Shown: piece after piece, positions 13,146 through 27,460 of the stretch
Layout of the letters: every line of letters begins with the position of its first letter
Position numbering within the stretch: position 1 is the stretch's first letter
The notes under the pieces: generated by a model
Seen by the model: only the letters and a program-made list of their open reading frames with translations
What the model was told of the DNA's origin: nothing
Databases searched by the model: none
Origin: Octopus vulgaris
Lineage: Eukaryota
Length of the DNA: 64,000 nucleotides
Direction: 5' to 3'
Assembly (NCBI GenBank): GCA_951406725.2
Contig: OX597820.1
Span: 37,448,001 to 37,512,000 of the forward strand
Made by a program: the position numbers and the translations under genes

Positions 13146-13473
13146 TAATAGTAATAAAGGTGTCAAATTTTGGCTCAAGGCCAAAACAATTAATAATACT
13201 AATAAATATAAAATAAATTAGAAAACCACACCTAGAAGGTAGTATTTGTTAGTTTTCATTGAAGATTAAATTGATTTGATATTGTTTGTTAAATGATTAG
13301 CATTATCTCAGTGAGAAACCTAACTACTTCATGCTTCATATCTTAGCAACAACATTGGATACTTATTCAATGTGCACTGCTCTATTTATCTAAGACTTTA
13401 GTATATTTATCTCACTCAAATATGATAAATCAAGTCAAACAGTAATCATTTTTTTTGTATATAATTAGAACTA

Positions 13474-13634
13474 GTGGCTGTGTGGTAAGTAGCTTGCTTA
13501 CCAACCACATGGTTCCGGGTCCAGTCCCACTGCGTGGCACCTTGGGCAAGTGTCTTCTACTATAGCCTCAGGCCGACCAAAGCCTTGTGAGTAGATCTGG
13601 TAGACGGAAACTGAAAGAAGCCTGTCGTATATAT

Positions 13635-13688
<54 letters not shown>

Positions 13689-13905
13689 ACTTGTGTTTGT
13701 CCCCCAACATCACTTGACAACCAATGCTGGTGTGTTTACGTCCCCATAACTTAGCGGTTCGGAAAAAGAGACTGATAGAATAAGTACTAGGCTTACAAAG
13801 AATAAGTCCTGGGGTCGATTTGCTCGACTAAAGGCGGTGCTCAGCATGGCCACAGTCAAATGACTGAAACAAGTAAAAAGAGTAAAGAGAGTAAAAGAGT
13901 AAAGA
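13474..13905 (+). mobile_element. tRNA-derived SINE family A (representative full copy; others near 10480-10850, 25580-25982, 36577-36935, 37355-37655, 43310-43720, 46505-46975, 49790-50105, 53200-53540, 57240-57645, 60885-61245)
   Basis: tRNA-like head gtggctgtgtggtaag...ggttc.gggt.cagtccc, internal (TA)n/(TG)n, 3' (gtaaaaga)n tail; many dispersed copies on both strands. Confidence 0.85.

Positions 13906-13909
<4 letters not shown>

Positions 13910-13990
<81 letters not shown>
13910..13990. repeat. (TA)n microsatellite (one of dozens in the window)
   Basis: Directly visible. Confidence 0.97.
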
Positions 13991-13993
<3 letters not shown>

Positions 13994-14454
13994 GTGAAGG
14001 CACATGGCTCCTTGGTTAAAGCGTCGGACTCACAACCATGAGGTAGTGAGTTTGATTCCTGGACCAGGTTGTGTGTTATGTTCTTAAGCAAGACACTTTA
14101 TTTTATGTTGCTCCAGTTCACTCAGTTGTAGAAATGATTTACGACATCACAGGTGCCAAGTTGTATCAGCCTTTGCCTTTCTCTTGGATAACATCAGTGG
14201 TGTGGAGAGAGGAGAGTAGTATGCATGGGTGACTGCTGATTTTCCATAAACAACCTTGCCCGCACTTGTGCCTCGGAGTGGAACTTCCAATGAGCAATAC
14301 CATGGTCATTTATGACCAAAGGGGGGGTCATTTATCTTTTACCCTAAATCTTATACTATAATAAGAGTCACATCCAGCCGTCTGTCTGAAGCCATCAGTA
14401 ATTAGATAGAAGAAAAGTAGAAATAGAGAGAAGGAGGGAGGTAGAGAATTAGAG

Positions 14455-14613
<159 letters not shown>

Positions 14614-15384
14614 ATATCCGTATGTAAAAGGAATGTCTCTCTGAAGCCATCAGTAATTAGATAGAGGAAAAGAGGGAATGAAATAGAAAGTTTGGTTATT
14701 TTTATACCTCACGCTGTGTAAATAAGATACAAATAGTGTCATGCCTGGCCATGTTAGTCTGTCCGAAGCCATCAATAATTAGATAGAGCCATGATTCCCA
14801 ACGTGGGGTATGGTAATATTTTGGTGAGGCAAGCCTAGGATTATGTTGAATTTATACCTTTTGTACACAATGTTTAGTATAGCAATAGAGAAAAAGGGCA
14901 ATTCAAGAATGAGTTATGAAAAAAAAGAACATTCTTTACATCCCTTCTGTGGACAATTTTATCAAATTTTGGACACTTTAGAGACAACAGGTCGTTTTCA
15001 TCATATTCATAAGATCTGGTGTCACAAAAGAGGGAATAGCTTATTTCCTTTGATTTAGTGGTAATTACAAACGCGTGAGTATGTATGTGTGTTTGTGTGT
15101 GCATGCATGCATTCATCACTACTGAAAGTAATGCCATCTTTATTCCCTATGGAGAAATAAACTGGAGAGAGACTTATGTGTGCAGGTGTGTCTAAAAGTA
15201 TTTACTCTTTTATCTCTGGTGACAAAAATCTAGGTACACAAGAAAAATGTGGTGCTGCAGAGTATGGCAATAAATGGTGTGAAATGGGTTGAAATATGAT
15301 GGAAGTAAGGAGTGGTGTCAGTGAAGGAAGAGAGAGAGAGGCAGATAGATAGAGATTTATGGTACTGGTAATGCACACACACAC

Positions 15385-15423
<39 letters not shown>

Positions 15424-15789
15424 CAACAGGTCATTTTATTCCCACTAGTCAGTTTGTGAATTCAGCAAAAAGGTAAGATAAAACTTCCATCACTGATACT
15501 AAGGCTTTTGCATTTGAGAAGATTCACGGAATACTTTTTGTTTCTTTTTGAGCATATTTTCCAAAAGTTTATACTGAAATCTTTTTGAAGAAATTGTTGA
15601 ATAAATTTGCTTCAACTGAAATCTCTTCATGCTTGATTCAAATGAAAAAAAGATTGTCAATATTCAGAGGAATATTTAAAAGTTGGATTTATACCCGCTA
15701 TCCACAATAAACTGTCACCAAGTTATGGGCAAAAAACTTGGTGCACGCTCGATTGTTTGGGACGAGGCACCCATGTGTCATTGTTATCT

Positions 15790-16890
15790 ATTTGAATCAA
15801 ACACTGAAGGATATAATGAACAATGATTTGATCTTTGGGGGCAAATTGATAATTTTAGGTGGTGATTTCCGTCAAATTTCTAGTGGTTTAAAAAGCACAA
15901 AGGTATCTCTAATTGGAGCATGTTTGAAAAAATCTGTAATTTGGCACGAATGCTAAGTACTTCATCTCACCACTAATATGAGAGTGTAAAACTGTCTCAG
16001 CAATAATGATATCACCTCTCAAGCTCGACTGGCATATCATTCAGTTTGGTTATTGAAAATTTGTGAAGGAAGAATCCCCAATGTTCAAAGACAATTATAT
16101 GATGATGTAACAGAGATTCCTCAGCAATTTCAAGTCAACAGCAAGGAGGATTTGATCAACTATGTCTATGAAGATTCAGAAGTTAATTTTAACAATGCCC
16201 AATGGTTATCATCATGAGCAATATTAACATCAAAGAATGAAGAAGTTGACAATCTAAATAACCACATAATCCAGAAATTTCCAGGTGAGACATATACTCT
16301 GAGGAGTATTGATTCCGTTGCAGAAGATTAACAATCTGGACTCTATCCTCCTGAATTTCCGAATTCTCTTAATATAAGTGGCATGCCACCTCACATTATC
16401 AAATTAAAAATGGGTATTCCTATAATGTTGCCAAGAAACCAAGATCAGAGAAATGGGCACTGCAATGGCGCACGTTATAGAGAATTATTGGTGTCAAATA
16501 ATATGATCAATGCAAGTAAAATAACTGGTGTTGATGCAGAACGCACACTTTTGATTCCCCGCATTATTCTGCAACCATCTGATACAAATTTGCCCTTTAC
16601 TTTGAAAAGACACTAATTTCCAGTGAGACCTGCTTTCGTGATGTCTGTAAACACAAGTCAAGGACAAAGCCTTTCTAAGTGCAGCATATACATGCCTGCG
16701 CCCGTATTTACTCATGGCCAGTTATATGTTGCTCTTAGGAGAGTTGGAGTTCCAGTGAATCTTAAAATATTTGCTTATCAAAAAGAATTTACCAGATCAG
16801 GAACAAGTAGATATCATAATGAAAATGTAAGAAGACTTATTGTGCGTAATGTTATCTACACGGAAATAGTGCAAATATTGACATGTTGCC
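15790..16890 (+). pseudogene. Helitron RepHel Pif1-family helicase C-terminal pseudogene
   Basis: FGGKLIILGGDFRQI, HLTTNMRV, AILTSKNEEVDNLN, GMPPHIIKLKMGIPIML, FPVRPAFVMSVNTSQGQSL and FTHGQLYVAL motifs interrupted by several stops. Confidence 0.92.
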
Positions 16891-18509
16891 TATGTAAAAA
16901 GTATTTGCATAAATAAGAATATGTAAATATATTATCAAATTATATCTCTTGTGTATTTCTCAAACAATAGTTGAATTAAATTGAAATGTTATTCTAAACA
17001 TAGCATTGTTTTTTTTCTTATTGACGGGTCATGTACTAGTATAAATAAAATTAACGATTAGCATGACTGTCTTCTGGGTGAAAAGGAAGATATGTGTTGT
17101 GACAACTGTGGTTTAACAAGTGAAAATTAGTAATGTAAGTTAAGCATACAGTGCCTCAGGGCAAGCTGTGAAAGACACTGAAAGACATTTACTCTTATAC
17201 CAACAAGTGGTGTTCCTTGCCTGACCTGTAATTGTATGAGCTGACTTTGACCTAAGAAGTCACAGGAGAGTCTACAAATTTTGACCATGTAATACAATTG
17301 TCTCTCACAGATTTGGGAGATTATTATTATTATTATCATTAGCATGTCAGGCAAAATGCTTAGCGGCATTTCATCTGTCTTTATGTTCTGAGTTCAAATT
17401 CTGCCAAGGTGAACTTTGCCTTTCTTTCATCCTTTCAGGCTTGATAAATTAAGTACCAGTGAAACACTGGGGTCAATGGAATTGACTAGCCCTCTCACCT
17501 AAAATTTCATGCTTTTAGTAGAAAAGATTATTATTGTTATTATTATTAGCAATGTAAGTTAAGTAAAATGGTTCCAACTAACAATCAAAATTCCAAATAG
17601 TAAAAAAAAGAAAAAGAAAGAAATCCAATGAAAAGAAATTTTTGTAATTCCATAGTGAATGTTTGCCTACTTCAATAGTTACCAACTCCATTTCTTAGTT
17701 GAATGATTTTACAGAGCTGTCTTAACAAAAATATAAGCCCTGAGTAAAGCAATGTACTGGAACCTCTAGAATTTATTCGTTGACAGAAAGCCACAGCGTA
17801 CATAGATTTTAGAATTATCAACAACAAATGAGGTGGCGGTGGTGGTTGTGCTTTTCACAGTCACTCAATCTGCTAGAAATAGCAGCCAATTCTTATAAAA
17901 TCACACCATGCCACCTTAAAAGAAAGTATCTTAAACGATGCAGCCCTACATAGTCTTAAAGTGGTCTAGTGGTTAGAGTAGTGGACTCATGGTTGAGGGA
18001 TCGCATGTTCGAATCTCAGACCTGGTGATGTATGTGTTTATGAGTGAAACATTTAAGTTCCATGCGGCTCCTGCAGAAGGTAATGGCAAACTTCTGCTGA
18101 CTCTATATAAAATCATCCTGGTTTCAATGTCCACGTTTCCATGCTTGCATGGATTGAATGGAATTTATTGTGGTTGATTTTTCTATGGATGGATGCCTTT
18201 CCTGTTGTCAATCCATACATGTTTCCAAGCAATATGTAACATGTTTCTGCAGAATACTGGAAATGAATGATAATCATTTGTAACAATTGATACAAGGACA
18301 CACACACACACACACACACATATATATGTATGACAAGCTTCTTTCAGTTTCCATTTTCCAAGTTCAATGACAAGATTTTGCTTGGCCCAGGGCTATAGTT
18401 GAAGACACTTGCCCAAGTCGATGTGCAATCGAACTGAACCCAAAGCCATGTAGTTGGGAAGCATGTATAGGTAAGACAAAAATGGTTACACATTAGTATA
18501 TATATATAT

Positions 18510-19130
18510 AAAATACAAAATGGGACAAGAACGCAAAACATCCGGACAGCTAGGTGATACAAAAAGGGACAACAAAACATCCAGATAGACAATACAAAGA
18601 AAACAAGGATGGGTCATTCGAAGTTTTCTTTCCTCAGTCAAGCACCAGATTATCCTCGCAATTTCAGCTGATTATTCTTGAGATTGCTCCAATCTGGCCA
18701 GCCCCAAGGAAAAACTAAGCTAAGAGCATAGATTCCTTGGAAGAAAGCAATGAATGTATACAAAAACAAGGACGGAAAAAAACGGACAAAGTTACACAAA
18801 TATAAATACAATAAAAACAATAACAGGACATAACAACAGGTGTCTTTCGACTAAGGACGAATTAGATTAAGCTGGCGCGTGTGGAAATGAAGCCTTACGG
18901 CAGAGATACAAAAATTTCACAAACGCAGGGAAGAATATCGATGTTGCACGGACAACGGTCAGACGAAGAAAGAAAGAGCAGGCTTGGCTGACCGGTGGTC
19001 ACGTGGGAAGAGAAGAGAGAGAAGTAGAAGCAGAGGGACAGAAGAATTAAGGAGGTGCGAGAAAAAAGGACAGGGACACAGTGAAGTGAAAAGTAGAGGG
19101 AAAGTGAGTGAGAAGAGAAGACAAAGACAT
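18510..19130. repeat. Dispersed repeat inserted in (TA)n; inverted partial copy at 31300-31620
   Basis: 18510-18840 is the reverse complement of 31300-31620. Class uncertain (possibly Penelope-like). Confidence 0.65.
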
Positions 19131-21594
19131 GCGATATATATATATATATTTCTTTACTGCCCTCAAGGGGCTAAACATAGAGGGGACAAACAAGGGCAGA
19201 CAAAGGGATTAAGTCGATTACATCGACCCAGTGCGAAACTGGTACTTTATTTATCGACCCCGAGAGGATGAAAGGCAAAGTCGACCTCGGCGGAATTTGA
19301 ACTCAGAACGTAACGGCAGACGAAATACGGCTACGCATTTCGCCCGGCGTGCTAACGATATATATATATTCAAGTGAAATTACACCCGATATGATTAGGA
19401 AGAACGTAATAATAATCATTCAAAGCTTTATGTTTACAGATCACAATTGCAAGTTTTATGCTGCTACTTTATTTAAGCACAAGTTTATTGCCAGACTAAA
19501 GCGGCAATTTTAAACATGGAATAGTGCCTAAACTGTCACCAGCTATCATTAATTTCTAAGCAGTCCAATATTTATTTCCGCCAGGCCTTCGAATACATTC
19601 AGCACAATGACTGAACATGTTACCATGAAAGACTGCGAACAAATGACATCGCTTGTTTGGGAGGTGATGCACGATTATACACATGGAGCAGGATGTCAAG
19701 ACAAAGAATTATGAGCCCTCACATCGATACATATACGACAGGTTTCTTTCAGCTGCCGACATCCAAACCTACTTGCAAGGATTTGGTTAGCTTGGGGCTA
19801 TAGTAAAAAGCAGTTGGTGAACGTGCTGTAGAATTGTACAGAACCGAAACCACGTGGTTTGTAAAGCGAACTTTGTAAACACAGAAACGAGTGTATGTGC
19901 GCGTGCGTATATGCATCCATATATTAATTAGTTTGGATCTTAGCTCGGTAACCTTCAGCATGTAATTGACTAGCAGAGTATATTGTTATCTAGTATGTAA
20001 ATACGGTTGTCCGCCTGTTTACCTTCCTTCTCTCGCTCTTTCTCTAAACAACTGAAAATGTGTTCTTCGAGTCGAACTAGAACCAAAACAATCATTTCCA
20101 CGAACACAATGTAACCTAGCAGAGCAAATTCTTTAACAACCTCTGCCTAACAGAAATCCATATAGCATGGTACTATTGCTTTTGAGGTTAGGAATACTAA
20201 ATTTCTTTAGGTGACCTTGTTGGAATGCTACGTTATACATACTTAAACATACACTTACCTGTCTGCCAATCTCTCATACTCTTTCTATATACTTGGTGGA
20301 GCAAACAAGATAAACAGAACTCAGTACATGAGTATATGTATTTTATCATAAGAACCGGCAGACACTACCTTGTAATTGAAGGACCGAGAGTTTTGCGCAT
20401 AACACCTATCAAACTCTTGGGTCACTCTGTAATTCCTGCCGTTCAAAATAATCTCTTCATCTATAGACGATACCATTCAGATGTATCTAAACACATTTTG
20501 TTATTATCGACAGGTAGCAATAACTTAATTTTGTATTTATTTCCCTGTGAGAGCTAACAGCGTTAAAACAGGAACATATGTGATTGACCTATTTGCTAGA
20601 AATAGCAGTAAAATTACGTCAAATCGCAACCAACCGTCTTAAAACAGCAAGATGGTTGCATTAAAGCTATTATGGTTCTAGACACCAAAGTTGGAATTGT
20701 CACGGTTGGAACGCATTTGATCATTGGTCAAATGAATTGAGGCTAACCTGGGAGTAAACAATTACAGTTAAAGGATAGTTTGGAGTGTGTTTAAGGTGTT
20801 TTTATTAGAAATAAAGCTAAGACGTATCTAAAGGATCAAAGTACACCGTGAGGAGAGCGTTATTATTTATGATTTCTGCTATGGGCACATGGCCAGCATC
20901 ACATTTTCGGCGAGCGTACTGTCGATCGAATCAACCATACAATTTTATCGTTATGTAACACACAGACACATATGTGTGTGTATATATATAGTGTGTTGAA
21001 GTTGAAAATGCTCTGGGATTCGTTTACATTTTTTAATTTTTAAAGGCTTAACTGGTTTCACAGATTTCTCTGATATTCAAAATTTGAGATAGAAAAAACT
21101 ATCTTGCTTCTCATATACATACAAAACACAACATAAACATACATAAAAACAAACATTAATAGACATTATTACGGTGAGCCGGCAGAATCGTTAGCACACC
21201 GGGTGAAATGATCAGTGGTATTTCGTCTGTCACTACGTTCTGAATTCAAATTCCGCCGAAGTCAACTTTGCCTTTCGTCCTTTCGGGGTCGATAAATTAA
21301 GAACCAGTGAAATACTGAAGTCAACGTAATCGACAAGTCCTTTCCCCCAAAATGCCAGGCCTTGTGCCTATATCAGAAAGGATTAATACCGGCAATTAGC
21401 GTAACGTTTCCATAGTTTTCCCCTCTGCAAAGGTAAATAAGACCGTCATAGCCACTTTGTCATCATATGTCGCAATTTATTTATTATTTTTTTCCTGATG
21501 CATTTATTACTATTAAAAAAAAAAACAAGTTAGTAATTGCTAGAGTTTTAGCACAAAATACATCTATATATAATGTATATAAATAACCACTTAC

Positions 21595-21709
21595 GCCATT
21601 TACGAGGGTTGAAATACGGATCAATAATAATAGGATAAGCAGCAGCTAGTGTAAGACCCACTAAACTACCGACAACAAGGGCGTATCGCCACCCTTTCAA
21701 TAGCAACAT
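21595..21709 (-). CDS. SMIM20: SMIM20 (MITRAC7 / phoenixin precursor) coding exon 1
   Basis: ATG at 21709 gives MLLLKGWRYALVVGSLVGLTLAAAYPIIIDPYFNPRKW, a TM helix followed by the A.YPI..P motif seen in SMIM20 (human GAAFYPIYFRP). Ends at a phase-1 donor C|GTAAGT (21594). Confidence 0.92.
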
Positions 21710-21760
21710 GTCAAAAGACGTCTGTTGCAAGCGATGAGGATTCTTGTTTACAAGCTTCGG

Positions 21761-21795
21761 GTAACCGGAAGTGGTACGAAAGCAACTGGAAGTGA
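21761..21795. promoter_or_regulatory. SMIM20 proximal promoter with tandem ETS/GABP-type motifs
   Basis: CCGGAAGTG (21765-21773) and CTGGAAGTG (21786-21794), 55-85 nt upstream of the ATG, in CpG-retaining non-repetitive DNA. Confidence 0.55.
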
Positions 21796-24705
21796 TAGCT
21801 CTCTCACTAGTTAATTGCTATCAGAGTTATCTTCAGAAAGCCACACTTTCAGATTTTATTTTTTATTTCCTACGTTATTTCTTCGTACCCGCATGTTTAC
21901 ATATTGTTTTTAGTTTTATATGTCAAACGTAAAATCCTATTAAAATGAATAAATCGATATTTAAAACATTCTCACACGTGTATCCATATTATAACATAAT
22001 TTTAATGAAATTATTTTAAAAATGTTTTCGTTCTTCTTAATTAGACTTTGTTTAAAAAATCTGAATTATAACTAAGATTTGAAACTGTCATATCTGATTA
22101 TATTTGGGGATCAACGTCGACTTTTTTTTTATCGTCTTCGGTTTCTATTTCATTTCTACCGCTCCCACCCCCACTCTTTCTGCCTCACTTTCCTTTTGTC
22201 TCTAGCTTCCTCTCTTCATCCCTTTCTTCACCACCCCTCCTCTCCATCCTTTTCTTCACCACCCCTCCTCTCCATCTTTAAGCAGCTTTTCTGTTGAATT
22301 GGTTGAAGGTTACAGTGGTACCGAGAGCTATTTCAAGGATCCGTTACCATACAAGACAGTAAATAAGAATAGCAATACCTCATTGACAACTACTTATCGT
22401 CACTCTAACAGTTTGGCGTGAGGTGCGTCTTTTGGTTTTTGCAAATTCTTTCGATTAGAAATAGGGAGTTTGGAATATAATAGTTTTCTTTTGGAGTATC
22501 TATCTTATAAAGCTATCTATTAGTATCTCTCGCACATAGATCTATATTTCTGGCTGATTATCTAACTATCGTTTCTTACTACTTTCTTCTTTCCTTTCAT
22601 AAAACAGACTTGGAGTTAGAAGTACGCCTAAACAAAGATATAAAATAAACAAGAACTGAGAGAGAGAAAAAAAAACAAAACCAAAACAAGTGAAACTAAA
22701 ATCAAAGTTATCAATATTGTCAATAAAATAAAATTGAAAATCGGAGGAATCCGGTGTTAAGAGCAGCGAAACGGTAACATCATCATTATTAACACCACCA
22801 CCAACAACAACGACAGCAAAAGGATTAAAAAAATATATCTATGAAACCGGTCGATCGATAAAATCAACAGATTTCCTATCTTATTCACAAAAAGTCGTCA
22901 ACTTATAAACTGAGAAACTCTCATAATTTCGACGGAATAACAAAAAGTAATGAATTATTGGATAGTCAGCAACTAAAATTAAAGGTTAGACAAATTATTG
23001 ATCTATTTGAATTTCATGTTATTATGTTACTTTCGGTTACATCTTCATTTATTCGCTTTTCCTTTTCTTCTTTCAGTTTATTTTGTTTTATTTAAAGGAA
23101 GTGGACTTTATTTTCCAAATATTGATTCGGGGGGTGGGGGTGGATTAGCTTTTAGAAATAAATAAACACGGGAATTGGGCGAGTTTGTAGTGAAAGCGAA
23201 TATCTCTCATTCAGCTTCGATTCTTGACCGAAAGTACCATAAAGATGCGAATGGAATTATGACAGAAGCCGCTCATAAATAATTAAATAAATAAATTCTA
23301 GAACGAAAGCACCATAGAGATGTGAATGGAAATATAATAGAATCTGACCACAAATAATTAAATAAAATCCTAAAACATAACCATATCTCGAAATAAATAC
23401 TGATTACTTATATATAAAACAGTTCGAATCCTGATAAAATTAATTTATTTTAGGAACCCCTCCCCTCATCTCTTGGGAAACGGAAAGGCTCGTTTTCTCT
23501 TCCTTTTCTTTTTCGTTCCCCTTTTAATATTCCTGTGTTTCATACAATGAAAATCACAATCTTGAAAAAAGAATCTTTTTCTTTTCATTTTTTTTTGGTC
23601 AAAATTTCTTTTCCTTCTCTGCAAGGAATTGGTCGCCTCCGTACCAGTCACAGAATAACGATTAATTCAATCAACTTATACTTCCACCCTAAACAACACT
23701 GGTGGCTTTGTGTCAGTATAAGAAATCAATATTGATCAAAATTAAATATCTTTCAGTTTGTAAATCTACCCATCTCCCCGCCCATCTCAACAAAATTGTA
23801 GTTTTGTGTCAATGTAAAAGAAATCAATATTGATAAGATTGAAACGATCCTTAGTAGTCAATCCCACCCTCATCTCCCTGCGTTTACGTTGTTTTTTAGT
23901 CTGTCCTGTGCCACCCTGGTATTGATATAGTAAAACCAGTTGTTATTTATCGTGTCGGGTTAATCCGGTTCTAACAGACAAAGCATTCCAGCTGTGACTA
24001 TTCCTTATATTCGGACATTGTACCTAGGACTATATTATCTACTGAAGAAAGTAGGGATGTGATTTGATGGTGGTCTTTTGGGTTAATATAGGGCGTGACA
24101 AATATCAGAAAATCAAAAAAAAAATGTGTGTAATAGGTGTAAAACAACTTCCTATGAACGAATATGAAAAAAAAAATTCGCGCACTTGAAAGGGGGGTAT
24201 GTGTTCCGTTCTGTATTATGCATGCGTGACTGTTTGTATGTAAGTGTGTTTAACTGTGCACATGAATGTGAATATTCAGAACAAATAAATATTTTGGCTG
24301 TTATGTTATTGATGTTATTATTATTGCTAGTTAAAGGGTGGTGACTTGGCTGAATATTTGGACTCCCCCACCCCCCTTTCAAGTGCGCGAGTCTTTTGTT
24401 GCCTTCTAAGATTGAACACGCGCTCTCACACATACACACACATTCTTTTAATGATCAAGCTGAGTTTGAGTCGATCTTATAAACCCCGATACTAGTTTTG
24501 TAGGCTGGCTACTTATTTTATAGATCTCTGTCAAACTGTTAATTTACAGGACATAAACAAACAGTAGTACCAGTTAAGTTGTAGGAACATAAATGGAGAC
24601 ACGTACACGCTCATATGCAAATACACACACATACAAGGTGGGCCAATAGTCACTATCTTAATTTTATAATAGGAATAAATAAGCTTTTGAAAGTGGACAA
24701 CTTGG

Positions 24706-25127
24706 GGATCTTTTCGGTTTGAACGGCGGTTTTTAACATAATTTCTAGGTAACTAAAAAATTTAAAACTTCGTATACTGGTAGAATGTGTTTATAAAACA
24801 TCTTTTTCTCTTGGCTTATTGAGAAAATTCTATAGTTTGTAAGATATTTGTTGTTTTTTTTTTCCTTCAATTTCTGCAATTTCAACTAATTAATGACGTC
24901 CATTGAGGTAAAAAAAAAACATTCTGTGCCATATGAATATGTGCCTCGTTTAAGAAACAGATTGGGTTTATTTACATTTCTGAAGAAAAAAAGCTACCCT
25001 TCCCCCACTCCTAACCCTAACCTTAAAACAGATTGAAATGCAATAGATCGATACTAGGGTCATAATTATGGGTGACAATTTCATATGACACTGCTAGAAA
25101 AAACTGCCGTTCAAACCGAAAAGATCC
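24706..25127 (+). mobile_element. MITE family M1 copy 1 (GGATC TIR, 8-bp TSD, telomere-like motif)
   Basis: TIR GGATCTTTTCGGTTTGAACGGC; flanks caacttgg / caacttgt; internal CCTAACCCTAACC. Confidence 0.9.
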
Positions 25128-26154
25128 CAACTTGTTATGAAACATCATAACTAAAATACAAAATACCAACATAGTTTTAACATCTACTTTTCCATGCTTG
25201 CATCGGGTCATACAAAATTCATTTAAAGGCAGATTTTCTATAGCTGGATGCTCTGTCTGTTACCACCCCCTCGACTGTTTCCAAGCAAAGTAATATCTCC
25301 CCAGTCCTTCAGGTATGAACAACACGAATAACCGGACATTTTTTGACAGATTGTCAATGAACGACACTTGTACGATGATGCATTTGTTTACAATCGGCAT
25401 GCGATGTCCACACATGTATAGTGAGGATGGGTGGCCTAGTGGTTATGCTGTTGCATTCACGATCTCGAGATCGTGGTTTCAATTCTTGGCGTGGGCGATG
25501 CCTTGTGTTCTTGGGCAAAACACTTCAATTCACACTGTTCTGTGATCGTTTTCACATCTGATGTATGGCCACCGTGTATACTCTTACTCTTACTCTTTAC
25601 TCTTTTACTTGTTTCAGTCATTTGACTGCGGCCATGCTGGAGCACCACCTTTAATCGAGCAACTCGACCCCGGGACTTATTCTTTTGTAAGCTCAGTACT
25701 TATTCTATCGGTCTCTTTTGCCGAACCGCTAAGTAACGGGGACATAAACACACCAGCATCGGTTATCAAGCAATGCTAGGGGGACAAACACAGACACACA
25801 AACGCATATATATATACATATATACGACGGGCTTCTTTCAGTTTCCGTCTACCAAATCCAATGACAAAGCTTTGGTCGGCCCGAGGCTATAGTAGAAGAC
25901 ACTTGCCCAAGGTGCCACGCAGTGGGACTGAACCCGGAACCATGTGGTTGGTAAACAAGCTACTTACCACACAGCCACTCCTGTATCAGTACAGGTAATG
26001 TAGATTTGATGGAGGGAGTGAGCTAATGTACAACACAGTACAAACATTGATCACTGTAAACAAATCTGGACAGATTGTTCAGCAAGAAATCACAGAATGC
26101 TCATCTCTCATTTATAACAGGAGAGTTCACCATATATACATATTTTATTTATTT

Positions 26155-26460
26155 ATGCGCCCTTTTCAAGCCTAGCCAGGCTCATGGGCCCGGTTTCCTA
26201 GTTTCTGTGGCGTATGTATCCCCCCCCAGCTGGACGGGACGCCAGTCCATCGCAGCGTTACTCCAGAAACAGGAAGAGAGAGTGAGAGAAAGTTGGGTCG
26301 AAAGAGTACAACAGGGGTCGCCACCACCACCCTGCCGGAGCCTCGTGGATCTTTAGGTGTTTTTGCTCAATAAACACACACAACGCCTGGTCTGGGAATT
26401 GAAACTACGATCCTCCGACCGCAAGTCCGCTGCCCTAAACACTGGGCCATTGCGCCTCCA
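26155..26460 (-). mobile_element. tRNA-derived SINE family C (representative; others at 1-117, 38295-38540, 46045-46260, 55520-55830)
   Basis: Head GGAGGCGCAATGGCCCAGTG.TTAGGGCAGCGGACT...GTTTC.ATTCCCAGACC with A and B boxes. Confidence 0.85.
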
Positions 26461-27123
26461 CATATATCTATACATATATGTACATCATCGTTGTCGTTGA
26501 ATGTCTGTTTTCCATACTGGCATGCACTGGATGGTTTGACAGGAGCTGGCTAGCTGAAGAGTTACCCGGGTTGGATGCCTGTTTTGGCATGGGTTATTGA
26601 ATTCTAGGCTGTAATTTCTGGCTTGGAATTTCTGAAATCACCGTTGACACTGGCTTACGCTTATTGTCTGACCCCCATCATCATCATCATCGTTTAACGT
26701 CCGCTTTCCATGCTAGCATGGGTTGGACGGTTCAACTGGGGTCTGGGGAGCCCGAAGGCTGCACTAGGCCATATATATATATATGTATGTATGTATGTAC
26801 ATTACTTGACAACTGATGTTGGTGTGTTTACGTCCCCATAACTTAGCAGTTTGGTGAAAGAGACTGATAGAATAAGTACTAGGCATACAAGGAGTAAGTC
26901 TTGGAGTTGATTTGTTTGACTAAAGGTTCTACGACCATACACGGTAGTATGCATATAGAAGGTCCTGTGCATATAGAAGGTCCTACGAATATAGCAGGTT
27001 AATCACACATGCACACACACACATGCATGCACACACAATTCCATGCACAGATGCACCTGAAAACACATATATGCACAGAGACACACACACACATACAGGC
27101 ACAGCACACACAAATAACACACA

Positions 27124-27411
27124 CCCATATACTGCATTAATATTCCTTGCACTTTCCGTTGCATTGTTGCCTTTGTTGAATTCATAAAGCAAAATATGTC
27201 GAATATGCTCCTTTGTCACTCCCATTATAGCTATGAAAAAATAACTGTCAAAAATCGAACTGTGCTCTTCAAAACTTGCACTAAGAATAAGTACAAAGTT
27301 TAAAATTACTTCCTGCTTTTATAGCAAGTTGATGCAAGTAGTTTATCCTGTCCCCCTTCAACTTTTAGTTTATGCGATTGAAAAAACTGCATTATTTATG
27401 GGATGACCTTT
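27124..27411 (-). mobile_element. 5' fragment of a second mariner family
   Basis: TIR-like AAGGTCATCCCATAAATAATGC next to (TA)n, and N-terminal peptide KEHIRHILLYEFNKGNNATESARNINAVYG typical of mariner HTH1. Confidence 0.8.
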
Positions 27412-27420
27412 ATATATATA

Positions 27421-27451
<31 letters not shown>

Positions 27452-27460
27452 GTGTGTGTA

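Noticed and set aside
13474-13550. tRNA genes at SINE heads (also 55520-55595 and 21170-21260)
   Set aside because: A/B boxes are present but there is no complete cloverleaf; each continues into a SINE body.
15790-16890. Functional host PIF1 gene
   Set aside because: Intronless, with multiple stops, and followed by a Helitron hairpin-CTAG terminus.
18600-18700. Hammerhead-like words (CUGAGGA...CGAAU; also 31500-31560 and CUGAUGA at 42084-42090 on the minus strand)
   Set aside because: Core boxes are in the wrong order or lack GAAA and closing stems; I could not fold a hammerhead.
21548-21730. ORF track's 60-aa single-exon protein
   Set aside because: It starts at a non-ATG codon and reads through the GTAAGT donor; the real CDS is the spliced SMIM20.
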